45,725 nt of DNA from an uncultured Bacteroides sp. (GTDB taxonomy: Bacteria > Bacteroidota > Bacteroidia > Bacteroidales > JACABE01). The stretch lies in contig CAZYEM010000002.1 in NCBI GenBank assembly GCA_964646395.1, positions 1 to 45,725 of the forward strand, read 5' to 3'. The notes under the pieces were generated by a model. The model saw nothing but the letters and a program-made list of their open reading frames with translations, was not told the DNA's origin and did no database searches. Below are positions 41,301-45,725 of this stretch, piece after piece. Numbering within the stretch: position 1 is the first letter of the stretch; every line of letters begins with the position of its first letter. A program made the position numbers and the translations under genes.

Positions 41301-44300
41301 ATCCTGGTTTACCTGTATTAATATGGAAAATCAATGTTCCGGGTAGCTGGAACTCTGCTACAGCTACTCCTCTTGGAAACAATCAATATTCATTTACATT
41401 TGGTGGTGGTGCAATTAACGGTGACAGTATATTATATTATGTTGTTGCTCAGGATGGAGCTGCTAATGTAGGAACTTATCCTTCTTTGGGTTCTGCAGGT
41501 TTTGGTTTAAATCCACCAAGTGCAGCTACTGCTCCAACTAATTTATATAAGTATAAAAAACTCGTAGCTATGTCAGGAGTATATACTATTGATAACTCAA
41601 TGGTTACCGGTGGAACAAATTTTCAAACATTTACCGATGCTGTTATAGCTTTAAATACTTCGGGTTTAACAGGTCCGGTTACATTTAATGTAGCTGCCAA
41701 TCAAAGTTGGGTAAATACTTGTTCAGGTAATCCAAGCATTGCTTTAAAAATAACAAATACAACTACTACAGCAACCAATACTGTTACGTTCCAAAAAAAT
41801 GGTGTTGGTCCAAATCCAGTAATAAATATTAATGGAACTGCTGGTTCTGATTATGGTATTTATCTTGAAGATGCTAAATACTTTACTTTTGATGGTATCG
41901 ATGTGGTTGATGCAGGTACATCTGCCTCTAACTGGATAGAATATGGTATATATTTGAAAGGCACAGTGTTTGGTTGTCAGTATAATACCATTAAAAATGC
42001 AGAGGTTAATATGGAAAGAAGTATAGCTTCTTATGGTATCTATTCTTCAAGTGGTGCTACTCCTTTAGTAGCTGCTAACAGTTATAATAAATTTTATAAT
42101 AATACCATTAAAGAATGTCGTTTTGGATATTATTTGTTAGGTGTAAATAACTTTAGAGATATTTTAAATGAAATCGGAACTATTTCATCAGGTATCAGTT
42201 TAATTCAAGGAATTGGTTCTTCTCTAGTAGCTTCAACACCTAATGCTATTTATGGCAATTATCAGGATGGGTTGAAAGTATTCAATACAACTATAGATTC
42301 TGTAACTGCTCTTAATTCAATTGTATCGGGTATGGAAATTACCAATAGTTCCAATCTTAGTATTTACAGCAATACGCTTAAAAATATAAGTAAAGTCGGA
42401 ACAACCGGTAACAGCGATGTTATGTTAATGAATATTACAAATTCTTCTGCTGGTACTCATAATATATACACGAATACAATGTTTGATTGTAGTATTCCGG
42501 CAACTGCATTAACAGGTAATCTGAATGCAATGAGAATTTATGGTGGATCAGACTGCAACTGGAATGTTTATGGAAATACTGCCTACAATTTATACAATTA
42601 TGTAGGTGTAGTAACTGGCGTTTATCATAATGTAGGATCAGGTTCAACTACAACTAATATCTATAATAATAAATTCTACAATTTTACATCTTATGCAGCA
42701 TCAAGTTATATTCCTGTTATTTTTGGTGGACAAACAACAAATACTTATAATGTATATAACAACTATGTTTATGATATTAAAAATGCAGCATCTAATATTG
42801 CATCTCAACCTGCTGTTCAGGGTATTTCTGTTGCCGGTGGTATCTGGAATATCTATAACAATACAGTAAACCTGGATTATGTAAGCAGCCATGTTGCTAA
42901 TACTTCTGCAGCATTGTATGTAAGTACTTCTGCAGCAATTGTTGATATCAGAAATAATATCTTTGTTAATAAATGTGATATGACCATAGGAGCAAGTGCT
43001 GTTGCTTTCTGGTACACAGGTAAACTTCCTTATACAAACATCGCATCTGCATCTGGCAATAATCTTTATTATAGTGGTATCCCGAGTTCAAAAAATTTGA
43101 TTTTCTGTGATTCTTTAGCTCCTACTGCTACTACTAATTTTATTCAGACCTTAGGTGATTACAAAACAATCTCAGGAAAAGAAGCCAATTCAGTAACTGA
43201 AGATCCTCCGTTTATAAGTAATGTTGCTCCTTATAATTTACACATGCAAACATCAACTCCAACAATTACCGAAGGAAGAGGTCAAGCTATTGCTATTGTG
43301 ACAACAGATTATGATGGTGATATTCGTAATGCTACTACCCCTGATATAGGAGCTGATGAATTTACAGGTACTCCGGTTGTTGAATGTACTGGTATTCCTG
43401 CAATGGCTAATATAAGTGGAGCAGCTTCTGTTTGTATAAATACAGGAACAGCACTTACTTTAACTCCTTTAAACACAGATCTTGGTATAACCCATCAATG
43501 GGCATATTCCAATGCTCCTGGTGGTCCTTATACTAATTTAGGTAAACTAAATTCTCAGTTAACAGGGAATATTTCTGTAACCACTTATTATATTGATACT
43601 ATTCGTTGTACAAACAGTGGCTTATATATTGTAACAGCAGAGAAAATGATTACTATAAATGCTTATCCTGTATCTTCAGCAGCTGTTGCATTATCACCGA
43701 TTTGTGCTAATGAAACTCTTAATCTATTAGGTACAACTGATATTGGTACATCTTTTAACTGGACAGGACCAAATGGTTATACATCAATAAGTCAAAATCC
43801 AAGTATTGCTTCAGCAACAACAGCTGCAACTGGTATATATTCTTTTACTTCTACTTCTAATGGCTGTATTTCTCCTGTTAGTACTGTTGCAGTTATTGTT
43901 AATCAAACGCCAAGTGCCATTACAGTTACACCTTCTTCTTCATCATTATGTGCAGGAAGTATTCAGGCATTAGCTGCTAGTGGTGGTATTGTTACTGGTG
44001 CTACTATTTTAAATGAAAACTTTAATGATAGTTTAAGTGCAAACTGGACGAAAATTAATAACTCTGTGGGAGGAACTCCTGCAAATTCAGCATGGACAAA
44101 CAGAGCTGATGGTTATGTATATGCTACTTTTGGAACATTTCACAGCAATGATAATTCACGATTTTTTGTTTCCAATAGTTTTGATCAAGGTAGTGGAACA
44201 GGAGTTAATACCCAAACAATTCTAATGTCACCATCTTTCAGTACACTTAATTTCACTTCAGCAACTATAAATTTCTATCAATATTATGAAAGATATGCTA

Positions 44301-45601
44301 ATAATAAAGATACCATCAGAATTGAAGCCTCAGTAGATGGAACAACCTGGACTACATTGCAGTTTTATGCATATATATCAGGAAATCAAGGATCTACTTC
44401 TGTATTTAAAAATTCAGTAATTAATTTAACTGCTCCTTTCCTAAATCAGGCTAATGTTTATATCCGTTTTAGATACAATACTCTTAGTAATGGATATTGC
44501 TGGGCAATTGATAATGTAAGCATAGGTGGTTCTAAATCTCTTTTACCAACATGGCTGCCTATAACTGGTTTATTTAGTGATGCTGCCGCAACGTTACCTT
44601 ATGTTGCAGGAACAACAGCTTCAACTGTTTATGCAAAACCTGATGTAGGATTAACTAATTATAATGCTACAGCAACTACTGCTAATGACAATTGTTCAAT
44701 TACAAGTAATACTGCAGTTGTAGATGTAAATACGCCTTCTGTTGGAGGAACTGCTATTGCTGCAGCTACTTCAGTTGTTTCTGGAACAGGAACTTCTATT
44801 GATTTAAGCGGCTATACCGGGTCTATTCAATGGCAATCTTCTCTGAACGGAACAACCTGGACAAATATTTCAGGTCAAACATCATCAACTTTATTAACAG
44901 GAAACCTGAATGCAACAACGCATTTTCAAGCATTGGTTACAAACGGATCATGTACACCGGCTATATCATCTGAAGCTATTGTTACAATTATTACTACAAA
45001 AACGTTGAATCTTAATTTGATTTTAGAAGGTTTGTATAATAATAACAACACTGGTATATTAATGAATGCAGCAGCTGATGATTTAGGTCCTCATTGGGGT
45101 TCAACAATTGCTGATCAGGTTACAGTTGAATTACATAATGGAACTTCTCCTTATGCTTTAGTTCAATCATTTACTAACAAAATACTGAATACAAACGGAA
45201 CATTATCTATAAATGATATTCCTGCTAATTTGGGTGGAAATTATTATATTGTTATTAAACACAGAAATAGTATTGTTACTTGGAGTAATTTACCAATATC
45301 ATTTGCAAACTCAGTAATAAGTTATAATTTCACAACTTCTGTTAACTCAGCTTATGGAAGTAATTTAAAACCTATTGGCATTGGATTGTTTGCTGTTTAT
45401 TTTGGTGATGTTAATCAGGATGAGGTAATCGATTTATCTGATCTGGTTGATATGGATACCGACTTAACCAATGGCACTGTCGCTTATGTTGTTTACGACT
45501 TAAATGGTGATGGTGTTGTTGATCTTTCTGACTTAGTTGCTATTGATGAAAACCTAACCAATGGTGTAGTTGGCATAAATCCTTTAAATAAAAAAAAATA
45601 A
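38342..45601 (+). CDS. Giant secreted beta-helix protein with a C-terminal dockerin-like module and no T9SS sorting domain (2419 aa)
   Basis: Signal peptide MKKSLIFLSLVLVFATSTWA|Q. Two beta-helix modules end in DIGADES and DIGADEF. Ig-like modules carry the motif NWTGPNGYTS...ATGIYSF. MAM-like domain ILNENFNDS...CWAIDNVSIGG. The C-terminus is GDVNQDEVIDLSDL...YDLNGDGVVDLSDL. Confidence 0.95.
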   Translation: MKKSLIFLSLVLVFATSTWAQLTGQKYIPGSGGLNDYSSIALAIADLNLQGVGTGGVTFNVASAYTETITATLSVTATGTLANPIIFRKDGLGVNPLVTSYSTGISTPDSTVQDGIWNFIGSDYVTINGIDLYDPNTSNPSTMEYGYGFFKASSSDGCQYNTIQNCIVTLNKINNALGGTIALDGSKAINFVNALVTAQKTVVVPTSENGTNSYNKLYSNTLQNCNIGIAIIGFVDVTSSVLCDFGNDIGGSSAATGNNIINFGGAPGAAGTTNPAAGIRTLGQYDINVSYNTINNNNGSGVNHGSTIRGIYLNTAINASSTITYNTITIKSFMKVTPSQVSVIENVSGANGISNTINISQNTITNCTNDSCTQAFWYGIYNTASCANLKIMGNTFSNNTTKATTGNSNLILSSGAVTLTDSICNNNVSFSHINTTACSATISSIYNSGTTNTCTVVINNNNFLNYNFNTPGTGSLYFIHNAGLNNSPSNVYISNNTWSNLTLNYSGTIYLCNQGASIKGPEFNFTNNYIVGNLIRTGTVGTFYCLSNSSSNNIATVITIADNDFSNITASGTGSGTFYGINEASTTPAPYSLKKVYNNTVSNITNTLGTGTFTGILVNTMGPGITSTPSIIYDNTVSGISTVGTINGFSLGSTSSLASRYQAYNNTINTLTSSGASSTVNGVNLASSGAGADFFKHNIYNIKATGATAFANGILIPSGGINTNVYNNFISDIKTPNNSNTTITDGVRGISITSISANTNINLYYNTIYLDATSVGTNFSSSAVFHTYNATATSAVLNMQNNILVNNSIPKGTGIASAFRRSAATSIVNISQNCNFNCFYAGTPDTKHLIYYDGTNSDQSITAYRARVLDRDLQSFRELPPFSNIATLPYDLHLTSAAATQCESGGQQISGITTDFDDEGRFGSVMPPYLGVGTSTDIGADESDLLMVTDIIAPAIVYTPVINTAFPTSTIIANITDPSGVPSVMGDPGLPVLIWKINVPGSWNSATATPLGNNQYSFTFGGGAINGDSILYYVVAQDGAANVGTYPSLGSAGFGLNPPSAATAPTNLYKYKKLVAMSGVYTIDNSMVTGGTNFQTFTDAVIALNTSGLTGPVTFNVAANQSWVNTCSGNPSIALKITNTTTTATNTVTFQKNGVGPNPVININGTAGSDYGIYLEDAKYFTFDGIDVVDAGTSASNWIEYGIYLKGTVFGCQYNTIKNAEVNMERSIASYGIYSSSGATPLVAANSYNKFYNNTIKECRFGYYLLGVNNFRDILNEIGTISSGISLIQGIGSSLVASTPNAIYGNYQDGLKVFNTTIDSVTALNSIVSGMEITNSSNLSIYSNTLKNISKVGTTGNSDVMLMNITNSSAGTHNIYTNTMFDCSIPATALTGNLNAMRIYGGSDCNWNVYGNTAYNLYNYVGVVTGVYHNVGSGSTTTNIYNNKFYNFTSYAASSYIPVIFGGQTTNTYNVYNNYVYDIKNAASNIASQPAVQGISVAGGIWNIYNNTVNLDYVSSHVANTSAALYVSTSAAIVDIRNNIFVNKCDMTIGASAVAFWYTGKLPYTNIASASGNNLYYSGIPSSKNLIFCDSLAPTATTNFIQTLGDYKTISGKEANSVTEDPPFISNVAPYNLHMQTSTPTITEGRGQAIAIVTTDYDGDIRNATTPDIGADEFTGTPVVECTGIPAMANISGAASVCINTGTALTLTPLNTDLGITHQWAYSNAPGGPYTNLGKLNSQLTGNISVTTYYIDTIRCTNSGLYIVTAEKMITINAYPVSSAAVALSPICANETLNLLGTTDIGTSFNWTGPNGYTSISQNPSIASATTAATGIYSFTSTSNGCISPVSTVAVIVNQTPSAITVTPSSSSLCAGSIQALAASGGIVTGATILNENFNDSLSANWTKINNSVGGTPANSAWTNRADGYVYATFGTFHSNDNSRFFVSNSFDQGSGTGVNTQTILMSPSFSTLNFTSATINFYQYYERYANNKDTIRIEASVDGTTWTTLQFYAYISGNQGSTSVFKNSVINLTAPFLNQANVYIRFRYNTLSNGYCWAIDNVSIGGSKSLLPTWLPITGLFSDAAATLPYVAGTTASTVYAKPDVGLTNYNATATTANDNCSITSNTAVVDVNTPSVGGTAIAAATSVVSGTGTSIDLSGYTGSIQWQSSLNGTTWTNISGQTSSTLLTGNLNATTHFQALVTNGSCTPAISSEAIVTIITTKTLNLNLILEGLYNNNNTGILMNAAADDLGPHWGSTIADQVTVELHNGTSPYALVQSFTNKILNTNGTLSINDIPANLGGNYYIVIKHRNSIVTWSNLPISFANSVISYNFTTSVNSAYGSNLKPIGIGLFAVYFGDVNQDEVIDLSDLVDMDTDLTNGTVAYVVYDLNGDGVVDLSDLVAIDENLTNGVVGINPLNKKK
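38402..41167 (+). repeat. Beta-helix super-module 4A (about twice the usual length)
   Basis: Opens QLTGQKYIPGSGGLNDYSSIALAIADLNLQGVGTGGVTFNVASAYTE...NPIIFRK directly after the signal peptide. A long N/T/S-rich turn region follows. Closes TDFDDEGRFG...STDIGADES. Confidence 0.6.
41576..43363 (+). repeat. Beta-helix super-module 4B
   Basis: Opens GVYTIDNSMVTGGTNFQTFTDAVIALNTSGLTGPVTFNVAANQSW...NTVTFQK. Closes TDYDGDIRNATTPDIGADEF. Confidence 0.65.
44006..44530 (+). other. MAM-like domain in giant 4
   Basis: ILNENFNDSLSANW...INFYQYYERY...VYIRFRYNT...NGYCWAIDNVSIGG. Confidence 0.5.
45404..45565 (+). other. Dockerin-type duplicated EF-hand-like Ca-binding segment at the C-terminus of giant 4
   Basis: Two loops fit the D-x-N-x-D-x-x-x-D-x-x-D pattern: DVNQDEVIDLSDL and DLNGDGVVDLSDL. 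A short helix follows each (VDMDTDL and VAIDENL). They are 22 residues apart at the very end of the protein. Confidence 0.6.
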
Positions 45602-45610
45602 ATTAAGAAT

Positions 45611-45650
45611 ATTGACACAGAATGCAGTTAAAGCATTCTGTGTCAATTTT
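45611..45650 (+). terminator. Strong rho-independent terminator closing the giant-gene block
   Basis: Perfect 15-bp stem attgacacagaatgc (45611-45625) / gcattctgtgtcaat (45633-45647) with 7-nt loop agttaaa, followed by T-tract 45647-45650. It starts 10 nt after the stop of the fourth giant gene. Confidence 0.85.
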
Positions 45651-45725
45651 AAAATGATAATTTAAATTTAAATTAAAATTCAATCTTATGAGAAATCAAT
45701 TACAGAAAATCATTGGATTAATGAT

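Noticed and set aside
5526-44225. About 20 short ORFs (60-85 aa) inside the giant genes, antisense or in other + frames. Examples: 5526-5714, 8030-8239, 8473-8688, 10066-10284, 11365-11592, 19060-19296, 25723-25980, 30007-30228, 36319-36522, 42435-42647, 44037-44225.
   Set aside because: All lie within long intact ORFs whose translations have coherent repeated domain structure. The embedded ORFs translate to low-complexity strings with no signal or domain pattern.
45590-45598. A9 homopolymer, and the several T7 runs inside the giant genes, as slipped-strand phase-variation switches.
   Set aside because: The A9 tract encodes the terminal KKK just before the stop, so slippage would change almost nothing. 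The T7 runs are no longer than expected in AT-rich coding DNA and are not concentrated near the 5' ends.
3729-45601. An enzymatic role (peptidase or glycoside hydrolase/lyase) for the giant proteins.
   Set aside because: I found no HExxH, Ser-His-Asp context or other catalytic signature by eye. Beta-helix folds can be lyases, but nothing here supports that beyond the fold. The question stays open pending HMM and structure analysis.
45688-45725. ATG 38 nt after the terminator opens a frame (MRNQLQKIIGLM...) that runs off the window.
   Set aside because: Only 12 codons are visible, so it cannot be supported as a gene from this window alone. It may be the start of the next gene.
1-45725. Mobile elements, CRISPR arrays, tRNA/rRNA genes, and diversity-generating retroelement or invertible-promoter systems.
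   Set aside because: - There is no transposase, integrase, recombinase or reverse-transcriptase ORF.
- There are no spaced direct repeats.
- No G/C-rich cloverleaf-capable segment occurs in the few non-coding stretches.
- No long inverted repeats flank the 377-bp control region, whose palindrome arms are only 9 nt apart.

Overview
The window is AT-rich and every supported gene is on the + strand. Several traits point to Bacteroidota: no Shine-Dalgarno sequences, TAnnTTTG-type -7 boxes, signal peptides cleaved just before Gln, and T9SS C-terminal sorting domains.

Layout:
- A sensory cassette: a TPR sensor histidine kinase (144-2216) overlaps a NarL/LuxR-type response regulator (2209-2868) by 8 nt.
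- A 377-bp spacer, the only sizeable non-coding stretch, holding a 16-bp-arm palindrome.
- A TTG-initiated stand-alone degenerate receiver domain (3246-3692).
- Four giant secreted-protein genes with short spacers (71, 49 and 128 nt counted from the preferred starts): 3729-14648 (3639 aa), 14720-26068 (3782 aa), 26118-38213 (4031 aa) and 38342-45601 (2419 aa).
- These four genes make up about 91% of the window and are closed by one strong intrinsic terminator (45611-45650).

Giants 1-3 are mosaic paralogs. Each has a signal peptide and an N-terminal MAM/choice-of-anchor-J-like domain. The body is built from CARDB-like beta-sandwiches, right-handed beta-helix super-modules capped by a D-I-D-G-x-x-R...IGADEF motif, Ig-like modules and an unassigned ~170-aa module. 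A GEVED domain occurs in giants 1 and 2 only. Each ends with a second MAM-like domain and a type-A T9SS C-terminal domain.

Giant 4 shares the beta-helix super-module but has no T9SS C-terminal domain. It ends in a duplicated dockerin-like EF-hand segment.

The main lead is a two-component-controlled operon of ~42 kb. It would encode three T9SS-anchored giant scaffolds plus one dockerin-bearing giant, possibly a self-assembling cell-surface super-structure.

No rRNA, tRNA, CRISPR array, transposase, integrase or reverse transcriptase is visible. All domain names come from motif recognition by eye. Domain boundaries are approximate (about +/-30 nt) and need HMM or structure confirmation.
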